57,582 nt of DNA, from the IMG/VR virus record IMGVR_UViG_3300037751_000355, positions 1 through 57,582 of that record; one strand, 5' to 3'. This DNA is from a virus. Lineage: Duplodnaviria > Caudoviricetes. Below the pieces are notes generated by a model. The model had not been told where the DNA came from and did not search any database. It saw nothing but the letters and a program-made list of their open reading frames with translations. This document shows positions 8,322-17,158 of the stretch, in pieces (position 1 is the stretch's first letter; every line of letters starts with the position of its first letter). The position numbers and the translations under genes are program-made.

Positions 8322-9347
8322 CTAGATCGACCTCCTCCCCGAATAGAGCTGGAACGTCTTAGGCAACCTGTAGGCGTCGTCTCTGTCCTCAGAGTCAACG
8401 TCCTCCTCCTCCCGGCAACGCTCCCAACTATACGGAGCGTTCCAATGCGCCTTCAACCCCCTATCAACATCCCACCACGGATCTAGCTCCTCCTCCTCGT
8501 CCAAGTAATGCCACACAACCTCCTGCCAATCCTCCACCTCGTCCTCCTCCCATTCATCATCTATCACTTCACGATCACACAACAACAACGATTCATCGAA
8601 TCCGACAAGCCTATCCCTTAGGTCCTCTGCGAACACTAGATCCTGACTCTCGCGGCTCGAATGCTGATTCTCATATCCTACCGAGATGTTAGTGCACTCA
8701 GGAACGAGCCCAGCGTATGACTCGGAATCGGTATAAACTCCCGATGGGTCCGGCGCGGCTCCATAATCGTGAAGCTCTAGCGCGTCGATTAACGACCATG
8801 CGAATACATCCGAAGCGGTCCGGCGCCCGCATTGGTGCGTTACGACGGAATCCGTGCCCCGTCGGTCAAGAGAGATGGCGTACCTAATGCCGTCCAGTAG
8901 CTCGGGCGTTCGACGCGCTATGTGACTCGACCCGACGCAACCTAGCTCCTCCCCACGGTGGAAGATATAAAGCCCAGGCACGCCCGCGCGGATCATCTCT
9001 AGCATAAGCCAAACGCCCGTAGTGTCGTCGGCGCCTAGACACTCTAGGTGCCTAAAGCGCTTCCACGCCTCAAGCGTCGTCGCCCCCTCCTCCTCCTCCT
9101 CCACTTCGGGATGCGCCACAGACGCCACCATACCCACGACGTTAAGCTCTTGCCTACCACCCGTATTGTGGACGGTATCGGTATGCGATAGCCACGCCAC
9201 GCGCGATCCCTCCCCGACCCGTAGGACGTAATTCCCCGCGTTGTCTGGCGTCGCCCCCGTGGGCTTGATAAAGCGCCGAATGAATTGGCGCTCCGTTCGA
9301 CTCCCTGCGGGGCGTTTATACGTGAGCATATCGAGTAGGTTAGTCAT
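8322..9347 (-). CDS. M28/M20-like zinc metallopeptidase with acidic tail
   Basis: SHTDTVH, LGADDTTG, GEELG, SLDRRG, TNISVGY..QH. Confidence 0.85.
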   Translation of the reverse strand: MTNLLDMLTYKRPAGSRTERQFIRRFIKPTGATPDNAGNYVLRVGEGSRVAWLSHTDTVHNTGGRQELNVVGMVASVAHPEVEEEEEGATTLEAWKRFRHLECLGADDTTGVWLMLEMIRAGVPGLYIFHRGEELGCVGSSHIARRTPELLDGIRYAISLDRRGTDSVVTHQCGRRTASDVFAWSLIDALELHDYGAAPDPSGVYTDSESYAGLVPECTNISVGYENQHSSRESQDLVFAEDLRDRLVGFDESLLLCDREVIDDEWEEDEVEDWQEVVWHYLDEEEELDPWWDVDRGLKAHWNAPYSWERCREEEDVDSEDRDDAYRLPKTFQLYSGRRSI

Positions 9348-10918
9348 TATATCACAAGCCTCCTATACGTGACTTGGGAACCATCGGAGTTAGTGTAACA
9401 CCAAATTAGATCCTCCTCCTCCTGTCGAGTGTAGGTGGTCGCCGTATCCTCTACAGCACCATACGACGGCACGAAAGTGGTAGGAGGTTCCGAGTCGCTT
9501 TCCGCTTCCTCGTGCTCCTCCTCCTCCTCAACCTCCTGCGACTCTACACAGTCTGTGCAAAGCCCCTCGTCAGCGTCGCTCGACATAACCTCATCCGAAC
9601 ACTCCTCACAAACGGTCACCTCTTCGACGTGGCACGTCTCGCACCTATCGCGTCCGTCCGGCCCGTTGTGCAACGCGTCTATCTCGTGTTCCGACCCGCA
9701 CCTGTCGCAATCCGCGTAGGTGTTCGCGTGGCAATCGCTACAAAGCGGGTCGCTGCCGTCCTCAGGAGCGCGCATGTCCTCATTATCGTAATACTCATAA
9801 CACCCCCCACAATACGTATAACGATCATAAAAGCACGAGTCACAAAACGTGTCGCCGTTCTCGTTCGTCATACTATCGCACTCGTCTAGGTGATCGTTGC
9901 ACGCGTAGCAAAGCGGCCCAGCGCTACTCACAACGCCCGACGTGGAGTCCGCGTAGATATTGCCACTAGGCGTAATCAAGAGGTAATCCCCCTTGTCGGA
10001 AACGTGAGCGCATCCGTCCAGATAGGGAATGTGCAATCCGGCATCGGTTTCGATGCGCGTCAAACGAGCACCCGCTAGGTCACTCGCGACGTATCCGGCG
10101 ACGCGGAGCGACGAGGTCATCCGCTCGTAATCGCCGTAAACGCGTCCGTGCTTTTTCTCGGCGGGCCACACAACGGCGCGCCCCACAATGTCGCTATCGG
10201 GGTTGCGGATGTACGCTACTTGAAGGTCCGGCCCCGCGTAGGCTCGCACCGGGTGAATGCCGCCCTCGAAGCTACCCGCATCGTATCCCATGCAACTATT
10301 CGGACCCGTGGTATAAACGCGCTCGATATCGTCAGCTGTCGCAGCGAAATGAAGCCCAACAGGCGCGAACTTGTTAGCCCACTTCAAAGCCCAATACTGC
10401 ACGTCGTCGTCGGACAGATACGCGCCGAAATACTTCCTCAGGTACGCCCCGGGGCGCATAACTGTTTGTTTATCCTCCCGACCACGCGCTTCGCTTTCGG
10501 TGAAGGCGATCCTCGCCGGATTAGACTTCGCCGGGTAGGGGAAATGCAATTTCCAACACGAGGAGTCGAGCCACCATGGTTCCGCAATCCAAGGAATAGC
10601 CGCGCGATTCACGCTACGCTGCATCTCTCGAATACGCCACGAGCTACCCGCCTCGGGAATCTTTCTCCACCTCGGATAACTCGACCAGTGCTCCTTTCCT
10701 TGTTTGGTTATGATGACAGGAGTTTCATACCCACCCGTCCACGTCATCGGCTCCCCTTCCGGCGCGGCGTCCTCCCGAACGATGCGAACGCGCCTCCCGC
10801 TCCCTTCACGCTTCCACGCGTCGTTTAGCGCTTTCGCGCGCTCGCCCGCTTCCCTGCCGTCCTGATACGTTCCGAAGACTTCCCCCGCGTCTCCCGCATC
10901 CTTCACGACATACAACAT
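9347..10918 (-). CDS. Large early protein with C-terminal tandem CxxC repeats
   Basis: N-terminal globular domain (SCM...RAVVW...GRVYG), then eight CxxC motifs and an acidic tail. Confidence 0.75.
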   Translation of the reverse strand: MLYVVKDAGDAGEVFGTYQDGREAGERAKALNDAWKREGSGRRVRIVREDAAPEGEPMTWTGGYETPVIITKQGKEHWSSYPRWRKIPEAGSSWRIREMQRSVNRAAIPWIAEPWWLDSSCWKLHFPYPAKSNPARIAFTESEARGREDKQTVMRPGAYLRKYFGAYLSDDDVQYWALKWANKFAPVGLHFAATADDIERVYTTGPNSCMGYDAGSFEGGIHPVRAYAGPDLQVAYIRNPDSDIVGRAVVWPAEKKHGRVYGDYERMTSSLRVAGYVASDLAGARLTRIETDAGLHIPYLDGCAHVSDKGDYLLITPSGNIYADSTSGVVSSAGPLCYACNDHLDECDSMTNENGDTFCDSCFYDRYTYCGGCYEYYDNEDMRAPEDGSDPLCSDCHANTYADCDRCGSEHEIDALHNGPDGRDRCETCHVEEVTVCEECSDEVMSSDADEGLCTDCVESQEVEEEEEHEEAESDSEPPTTFVPSYGAVEDTATTYTRQEEEDLIWCYTNSDGSQVTYRRLVI

Positions 10919-10948
10919 TGGGTGTCCCTCCCCTTGAAGTAGACGTAA

Positions 10949-11329
10949 CTACAGGTAAAGCGCTCGCCCCGCTGCCCAATCCCAAATAGCAGCCTCGCCG
11001 CGTGCCTGCCCTACCGCCCACGCGACCCGCCGATCCGTTATGTGATCCGAAAAGTCATACACTCGGCGCCCCTCGTCATCCTTCCAAACACCCACGTAAA
11101 GTAGAGCATAGGAAGGATACGTACCGCCCACGGTGAAGCGATCCCGAGTCGCTAGCCATGCGTCTAGCTCTCCGGGCGTGGGGTCGACGATCGCCAGAAC
11201 CGTACCGCCTACCTGAAACCCGCTAGTGAAAGCGGCAGGTTCGCCCGTAAAGGCATCGTACGTAGCTCCGTCCACTTCCATAAGCGCCGCTCGCAATTGC
11301 TTCCGCGCCGTGATAGGTGCATTCAACAT
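10949..11329 (-). CDS. Hypothetical protein
   Basis: GVW.D....YD.S...A...G....AIWD motif; GAGGAG RBS. Confidence 0.65.
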   Translation of the reverse strand: MLNAPITARKQLRAALMEVDGATYDAFTGEPAAFTSGFQVGGTVLAIVDPTPGELDAWLATRDRFTVGGTYPSYALLYVGVWKDDEGRRVYDFSDHITDRRVAWAVGQARGEAAIWDWAAGRALYL

Positions 11330-11596
11330 CGGTAAACTCCTCTTAAAAGGGTCGAAGTAGAATCCTAACACCTCAAAACGAAGCCCACAAGTTGCCTAGG
11401 CGAGCGCGAGCGCCACGAGACACTCAACTAGCACAACGGCGTAAGCGACGCCCGGCGAGACGATGACACGAGGCATCTAACGATCCTCCACGCGAGTAGG
11501 GTACATAACATCTACTATCACATCTAGGAACCATGTAACGACGTTGACGCTAATTCCGAGGAGCACCAACGCGAGGACTAGAGCTAAGAGCATGGG

Positions 11597-12103
11597 TCAA
11601 GCTCCCGGAACAAGGTAGGCGTAACGGACGCGGGAGCGCTTAGACTTGGAAGCTTGCGTATCCGCCACAACGCGCCCGTCGCGTGCTAGAAGTGTGTGAC
11701 TCTCGACCCCGAGGACGATCGCACCGCGCGGGTGGAGCCGCAGGAATTGCGCGACTGTGTATTGCGCCGCGTTCTTGTAGGAAAGCCGGGGAGGACGTCG
11801 CGTGCGCCCGTTGTAGTAGGCGTCTTCCCGCTCCTCAAAGGCGTCTAGAGCCGCCGTCCAACGCTCCACGGCGTCGGGCCGCTCTACTGTGAGCTTGACC
11901 GCGTCCAGGTCGGTGACGAGCCAGCGCTGCCATTCGGAAGACTTGACGCATCCCCGCTTATCGCTAGTGACGCGCGGGGCCGCTAGCAGTAGCTCGGCGG
12001 CTTCCACGCGTGAGCAATCCATTAGGCTCGCGAGCGCCGTCGGAGCACAGTAGCGGGAGAAAACGTCGATGGCGTTGGGCGCGTCGCGCCAGTCTTTTCG
12101 CAC
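11597..12103 (-). CDS. Hypothetical protein (possible Cys/His papain-like fold)
   Basis: YCAPTALA...TVAQF...H.L...G...DT. Confidence 0.55.
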   Translation of the reverse strand: MRKDWRDAPNAIDVFSRYCAPTALASLMDCSRVEAAELLLAAPRVTSDKRGCVKSSEWQRWLVTDLDAVKLTVERPDAVERWTAALDAFEEREDAYYNGRTRRPPRLSYKNAAQYTVAQFLRLHPRGAIVLGVESHTLLARDGRVVADTQASKSKRSRVRYAYLVPGA

Positions 12104-12255
12104 GTCGGTTCCCCTTCCGTTCGGGTGATCGGTGGTGCAAGGCGCCCTCCCCGTCGCAGGGGAGGACTAGGCTTGGTTACCTATGTGCTTGGGTCAGTTG
12201 CGGATCGGGTTGTTCCACCAGTCGAGGGCGGCGGTCACTTCCTCGGGCGTGTAGA

Positions 12256-12507
12256 TCATCTGTCGTCCTCCGTGGCGAAGAGCGTCTTGGTCTTGGCGGT
12301 GAAGATGACCCACGACAGCGACGGGTCCTCGTAGTCAACCTCGGTCTCGACGTACCCTTTTTTCTTGAGGTCGGTCAGGTGTCCTAGGCTGGCCGGAGAC
12401 CCGCCAACGTTGCCACCGAACAACGGCATACCCGCCCAATTATGTCGGTCTTCCCAAAGAGCTTCTAGTAGGTCAAGGCTTCCGGGTGTTAGGTCGGTCG
12501 CGTTCAT
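12256..12507 (-). CDS. Small winged-helix-like early protein
   Basis: LTDLKKKGYV; GAGGAG RBS; first gene after the putative sigma54 promoter. Confidence 0.6.
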   Translation of the reverse strand: MNATDLTPGSLDLLEALWEDRHNWAGMPLFGGNVGGSPASLGHLTDLKKKGYVETEVDYEDPSLSWVIFTAKTKTLFATEDDR

Positions 12508-12564
12508 GGTCCTAGCTCCTCTTGAGTGTGTTCAAGTGCGCCGCGTGCGGACACCTCAGTATGA

Positions 12565-12580
12565 TGCACAACGCGTGCCA
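12565..12580 (-). promoter_or_regulatory. Sigma54-type promoter (-24/-12)
   Basis: TGGCACGCGTTGTGCA with exact GG-N10-GC spacing, ~60 nt upstream of the first early gene. Confidence 0.6.
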
Positions 12581-13086
12581 CCTCCATTCCCTGCCACTTC
12601 GACGCAATCGCCGCCAAGGTGACAGGACTCTATGCCACTATGGCATACCTAGGTGTAGTCCTCACGCCACACATGTTGCGGCGCTGCCACCACACCCAAA
12701 CCTCTTAGGTATTGCAAAACGCAAGGCCTAGGTGTTGCAATATACAAGACTCGTGGTCCTAACGCGCTGCGTTTGACTCTCATTCTCATCCATCGACCTC
12801 CAAAAAGGGCTTGCACCCCACGGCCGGGGGGTCGATTTAGGGTGGTTGTGACTCCCAACCTTTTGTACCCGAGGAGGCGGGAGGTGCTTTTAAAGCGGCC
12901 GAGATCCCCCCTAAGGTCTTCGCGCGCACGAGTTACGCGGATTTCGGGCGGAAATACCAAAAATCTACCAAAAAATCCTAAATTGGTAGTTTTCGCGCGC
13001 GCGGGATGACGTTTTTCGTCGTTTTACGTCCTCGAACTCTTGGTTGTCTTGGGTGGGGCAATCGGGAGGGGATTGCACGGAGGAGT

Positions 13087-13407
13087 CTAAGGCGTCTCGG
13101 AAGGCGTCGTGCGAGCGAGTTCGGCCTCTAAGGCGTCAAAGAAGGCGTTTAGGACGAAGCGCGCCTTGGCGGCCTTCTCCAAAGCGGCATCGAGGGACTT
13201 GGAGTCCGTGAAGTCCGAGATATCGAAGCGCCAGTAGACGTGGCGATAGCAATCTGCGAGTTCGAGCGTGGCGTCTAGGTAGTGGTTTTCTTCCTCTTCG
13301 GCGCTTGTGTAGGATCCTTTCGAGATCCAAGCGTGGGTGAAGGAGTTAACGTTCGTTTCGGGAGGTTGGAGGAAGGTTCGGAGGCGGAAGATGTCTTTTT
13401 GGGTCAT
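13087..13407 (-). CDS. Hypothetical protein
   Basis: R.FL...L.LADC.R.V...F motif of small phage proteins. Confidence 0.6.
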   Translation of the reverse strand: MTQKDIFRLRTFLQPPETNVNSFTHAWISKGSYTSAEEEENHYLDATLELADCYRHVYWRFDISDFTDSKSLDAALEKAAKARFVLNAFFDALEAELARTTPSETP

Positions 13408-13584
13408 TTCACTTCTCTTTGTAGGATCCTATCATTACCCAAATCATCACAAAAGACAGCGTGAAAGATATCGCTAGGGCACTGAATGCGCCTCCGTAAA
13501 CCATTAAATAGGCCAAAACACCAAAGAAAGCGATAATGATCCACAATAATATGGTGTTCAAAAAAGCCCAAAGAAAGCGTTCTA

Positions 13585-13824
13585 TCATGAGTTCCTCCAC
13601 GACGGATACCACCGAGCGAGATAAGCCTTCATCGCCGCTTCGAGGAACTCAGGGATCTCGCTCCGCTTCGACTTAGGAGTCCATCGGACGACTCCGGAGA
13701 CTCGTGAGGAGGAAGGTGCGTGGAGCATGAGGGAGATGAGAGCGGCGTGAGCCATGCGTTGGGCGTACGGGGCGTCCGAAGGTGGGTCGGGAATCTCCAG
13801 GAAGTACGTGGCGTCGTCGTTCAT
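13585..13824 (-). CDS. Hypothetical protein
   Basis: Coupled ORF (ATGA overlap). Confidence 0.5.
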   Translation of the reverse strand: MNDDATYFLEIPDPPSDAPYAQRMAHAALISLMLHAPSSSRVSGVVRWTPKSKRSEIPEFLEAAMKAYLARWYPSWRNS

Positions 13825-14129
13825 TCGTCGAAACCTCGCTTTTCGATCTCGCGTTGGAGGTACCAGAGGGCTTTGTGGAGGTCGCCTCGGGGGTCGCCTT
13901 TGTAGTCCGCGCGGGAGATGTACTTTACGACGTTTCCGAGGCGAAAGGAGAGGCGTTTAGCTTCGATAAAGTCGATCGTTTCGATGCCCCCGACGTCGTA
14001 GTAGTCATCGGGAAGGGGTTCAAGATCGCGCAAAGCGCCCCAAAGGCTTTCTGTTTTGTCTTTATGAGGCAAGTTACTCACCACACGAAAATAGGCTTCG
14101 CATAAATCATCGTAATCTGCGGGCGTCAT
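13821..14129 (-). CDS. DUF3310-like (T7 gp1.7-type nucleotide kinase-like) protein
   Basis: YY..GGIETIDFI...F.LGNVVKYISRA..K...DL.KALWYL.REI. Confidence 0.8.
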   Translation of the reverse strand: MTPADYDDLCEAYFRVVSNLPHKDKTESLWGALRDLEPLPDDYYDVGGIETIDFIEAKRLSFRLGNVVKYISRADYKGDPRGDLHKALWYLQREIEKRGFDE

Positions 14130-14461
14130 CCCCCGATCTCCTTTAGGTCGAGTTCTAGGTGGAGGTGGGTTCCTTCTAGGATGACGTCGAAGGCGGTCCC
14201 GAGAATACGCGAAAGCACCAACCGGGCCTGGAAGGCTTCTGTAGGTGTGAGGTCGAAGGTTCGGACGTCGAACGCACGCTCTCGGAAGTCCGTCGCGGTC
14301 CCGTAGTGATAGGAGTTCTCGGAATGGACTCCATCGCGTCCGGAGGTGATCGTGGGGGCCTTTCCGAAGGACTTACGCCAGTAGAGATTGACGACGTCGA
14401 GCGCGAGAAGGATTCCCGGGTGGGGAAAGATAAAGACTACATTGTCCTTCGTTCGAGTCAT
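14126..14461 (-). CDS. Peptidase M15-family protein (probable endolysin)
   Basis: TITSG.DG.H...S.HY...AFDVR...HLHLE zinc-ligand pattern. Confidence 0.8.
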   Translation of the reverse strand: MTRTKDNVVFIFPHPGILLALDVVNLYWRKSFGKAPTITSGRDGVHSENSYHYGTATDFRERAFDVRTFDLTPTEAFQARLVLSRILGTAFDVILEGTHLHLELDLKEIGG

Positions 14462-15006
14462 GAGGCGTCTCCGGGGTCTTCGTCGATGATATACGTCTCT
14501 AGCGCGACGTCGGGGTCGTTATTGATGTAGACTCCTTGAAGAGAAACGTTCGCAGCCTTTCCATCCTCGTATCCGGCGTCATAGAAGTTGGAATCCGAGA
14601 GCGCCTCGTGGTAGAGGTGTGCGATTCGATCCACCACCGTTTCCTCCGCGTCCTCTAGGCGTCCCCCCACGAACTCCCGAAGGTCTTCGGGGATGAACTC
14701 CGCGAGGATGTGACGGACCTCGCGTGAGAAGATGTCTACAACGACGTGCACGAGTTCGTGGATGAGGAAGAGTTCCTTCTCGGCGAAGGTAAGGTCGAAA
14801 AAGGAGGAATCGAGATAGAGATGTGCGATGTGATAGCGGCGCTTTACGAGAATCGCTGCCTCTCCCGGGTCGTCTCCGGCACCCTTCATATGGACGCAAA
14901 TCGTCCGGAGGTCCGAGGCGACTTCCAAGAAGGGGGTGAGGAGGCTTTCGACTTCCGGTCGGAGGGCGTGGGGGAAGGCGTCCATGAACTGGATATCAGG
15001 CGTCAT
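14458..15006 (-). CDS. Zincin-like metallopeptidase
   Basis: LIHELVH (HExxH) with downstream EE. Confidence 0.65.
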   Translation of the reverse strand: MTPDIQFMDAFPHALRPEVESLLTPFLEVASDLRTICVHMKGAGDDPGEAAILVKRRYHIAHLYLDSSFFDLTFAEKELFLIHELVHVVVDIFSREVRHILAEFIPEDLREFVGGRLEDAEETVVDRIAHLYHEALSDSNFYDAGYEDGKAANVSLQGVYINNDPDVALETYIIDEDPGDAS

Positions 15007-15184
15007 TCTCGGAGTCTCTCGGAAGGATGCGGAGGTCTTGGAAGACCTTTACGTCTCCTAAGATGTCGATTCGAGCGGGGAGCGTCAAGTCTAGGACTCT
15101 GACGCCCCCGGAATCGGTGAAATTAATCGTGACGGAATTCCGCTCCGGATTGTATCGGATGATGCGGAGGAAGGTATCGGACAT
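14996..15184 (-). CDS. Hypothetical protein
   Basis: GGGGAG RBS; overlaps the downstream gene. Confidence 0.5.
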   Translation of the reverse strand: MSDTFLRIIRYNPERNSVTINFTDSGGVRVLDLTLPARIDILGDVKVFQDLRILPRDSENDA

Positions 15185-15207
15185 TTTGTCTCCCCTAAGC
15201 AGCTTTA

Positions 15208-15368
15208 GTGTGTCCCGGATTAGATTTGTATCTGGGACACACCTCTAAAAACCCGGTGTCCGTAAGGGTTTTTTGGGGGTATAGTGTGTCCGCCCTACGG
15301 ACACGCCACCTTTTTGGCCCCTTTTGGAGGTGTGTCCCGATTCTCTAACATAGGGTGGGACACACCTC
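15208..15368. other. Candidate replication origin (GTGTCC/GGACAC iteron cluster)
   Basis: Six copies in both orientations, including the perfect inverted repeat GAGGTGTGTCCC (15327-15338) / GGGACACACCTC (15357-15368), with T tracts, next to the AAA helicase gene. Confidence 0.55.
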
Positions 15369-16281
15369 ATGAGGCGTTTCCGGAGGCTATGTAGAGGTGG
15401 TTTTGAGGTGTTCCTAGGTTGAGGATTGCACCTTTTTTCACAAGTCCATCTCTCGCTCGCCTCAACTCGTCGTCTCTCGCCACGACTCCGTCCTTGAGGT
15501 CACGGAAGGAGCACCTGGGGTGTGTGAGGACGAAGTCCAAGACGGTGGACTCGACTTCCTCCGAGGTGCGGAGGAGTTGAAACTCGTCTCCTTCGAGCTT
15601 TAGGCGCGTTTCGCGGATCGGAATACGCCCTGTTCCTTTGATGATTCGGGGATCTAGACCTTCGCCGTGCATTTCGAGGATTACGTCGACGTTCGCCCCG
15701 ATCGCCGTCGAATCCCGATATTTTCCATCGGACTTGCGGGAGTGGTGGAGGATAAGCGTGGCGGCGAATTCGCGTGCGACATCGCTAATCTCGGTCATAA
15801 CGGTAGTCCAGCGCTGGGAGTCCCCGGGTTCGATCTCCTTCCCCGACGTTCGATTCGCGTAGGCGCCAAGGGTGTCCCAGATGATGAGAGAGGGATGCTT
15901 CTCCTCTGCGGCTGCCCAAATCGTTTGGATAAGCGAGAGTCCCTCGCGGGAGCCTGAGACGATGAAGATGCGCTCGGGATCGGCGCCGAAGCGGACGAGA
16001 CGTGGCGCGAAGTCATTCGCGTGCTCTTCGAGGGAGATAATTAGGACGTTCGCCGCCTCACATAGACCTCCTAGGAAGGGAGTCCCCGACGAGACAGCGG
16101 CCGCCATAGCGGAAGCGAGGGTCGATTTCCCGCCCTTCTCGCGTGCAGCGAGAAGCGTTGTTCGCTCATGCCAAACGAAGCGGGGGACGATTGCGCGGGG
16201 TGGATCCATGATCGAGGGGTCTTCGAGGATGTCGGCGAGGCAGTCACAAAAAAGGGAGGAACTTGCTTCTGGTTGAGTCAT
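15367..16281 (-). CDS. AAA_25/RepA-like RecA-fold helicase with C-terminal winged helix
   Basis: Walker A AREKGGKST, Walker B LIIWDT, HHSRKS...RDSTAI. Confidence 0.8.
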   Translation of the reverse strand: MTQPEASSSLFCDCLADILEDPSIMDPPRAIVPRFVWHERTTLLAAREKGGKSTLASAMAAAVSSGTPFLGGLCEAANVLIISLEEHANDFAPRLVRFGADPERIFIVSGSREGLSLIQTIWAAAEEKHPSLIIWDTLGAYANRTSGKEIEPGDSQRWTTVMTEISDVAREFAATLILHHSRKSDGKYRDSTAIGANVDVILEMHGEGLDPRIIKGTGRIPIRETRLKLEGDEFQLLRTSEEVESTVLDFVLTHPRCSFRDLKDGVVARDDELRRARDGLVKKGAILNLGTPQNHLYIASGNAS

Positions 16282-16339
16282 TCGTTAAATTGTCCTCGAA
16301 GATACGTGACTAGTCGTTAATTCAAACCTAAAGGATTTC

Positions 16340-16615
16340 ATGAGTCGTCCTAAAATCGCCCTCCACGAAGTCTCGTACGAACGCCTGAGCGAGGCGGAAA
16401 AGCGTCGTGCCCACCCCCCGCGAGAGATGTCTTCTGGCTCCTCCAAGGGTCCTATTCATATGTGGCTTTGTGTGGAACCATGGTGCGGGAACACGGAATA
16501 TACCTACTCGGTCCACGAGGCGCCAGTTTGTGGTGGGGGGCTCCTCTTCTCGTTCCTCACGAACGATGACTTTTCGTCTCGCGTCCATCAGCCTTGGGCG
16601 AGGAAGGAGTTCTAG
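16340..16615 (+). CDS. Hypothetical protein
   Basis: First gene of the plus-strand packaging operon; AAGGA RBS. Confidence 0.5.
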   Translation: MSRPKIALHEVSYERLSEAEKRRAHPPREMSSGSSKGPIHMWLCVEPWCGNTEYTYSVHEAPVCGGGLLFSFLTNDDFSSRVHQPWARKEF

Positions 16616-17158
16616 ATGGGGGGTAAGGGTAAGAAGGAGATAGAAAGCAATAAAGCGGTGTGGCTCGCTAAGATCGAGGCGGGCGAGATTGTTTCGATTC
16701 CACCCGAGAAGAAGGAGAACGTTGAAGACCTTCCGAGATGGGTTAAGACCGCGCTCGTTTTGTGGAAGGTAGACGGTAACTCTTATAAAGAGGCTGCGGC
16801 GCGCTTTAACAAGGCAGGAGGTACTCTTTCGTCTTACGCGAGGTCCCCGGCCGGTAGGAAGTGGCTCTCCTCCCTTGAGTCCTTCATCGAAGACCCTGTG
16901 GCGATGGCGAAGGCTTACCTTAGTGCGAATGCCCTCTCCGTCACTCTAGAGCGCTTCATCTTCCTCCAAGCGGCGATTGACGCCGGAGACTACGCGACAG
17001 GAGATAAAATTGCGAAAGACCTCCAAGATCGGATGGGAATCGTTGCGAAGAAGGCGGATGCGGGGGCGGTTTCGGTCAAGATCAACTTTGGGGGTGCGAA
17101 CTTCGACGCCCCGGTTGTCGAGGCGGAATGGACGACGGAAGGAGACGATGAGGAATGA
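16616..17158 (+). CDS. terS: Terminase small subunit with sigma70 region-4-like HTH
   Basis: Immediately upstream of TerL (ATGA overlap); LPRWVKTALVLWKVDGNSYKEAAARFNKAGGTLSSYAR HTH; C-terminal beta-strand tail. Confidence 0.7.
   Translation: MGGKGKKEIESNKAVWLAKIEAGEIVSIPPEKKENVEDLPRWVKTALVLWKVDGNSYKEAAARFNKAGGTLSSYARSPAGRKWLSSLESFIEDPVAMAKAYLSANALSVTLERFIFLQAAIDAGDYATGDKIAKDLQDRMGIVAKKADAGAVSVKINFGGANFDAPVVEAEWTTEGDDEE

Noticed and set aside
7400-12100. TAG stop-codon reassignment suggested by abundant TAG/CTAG
   Set aside because: Genes are intact and tightly packed under the standard code, TAG ends several genes normally, and there is no suppressor tRNA.
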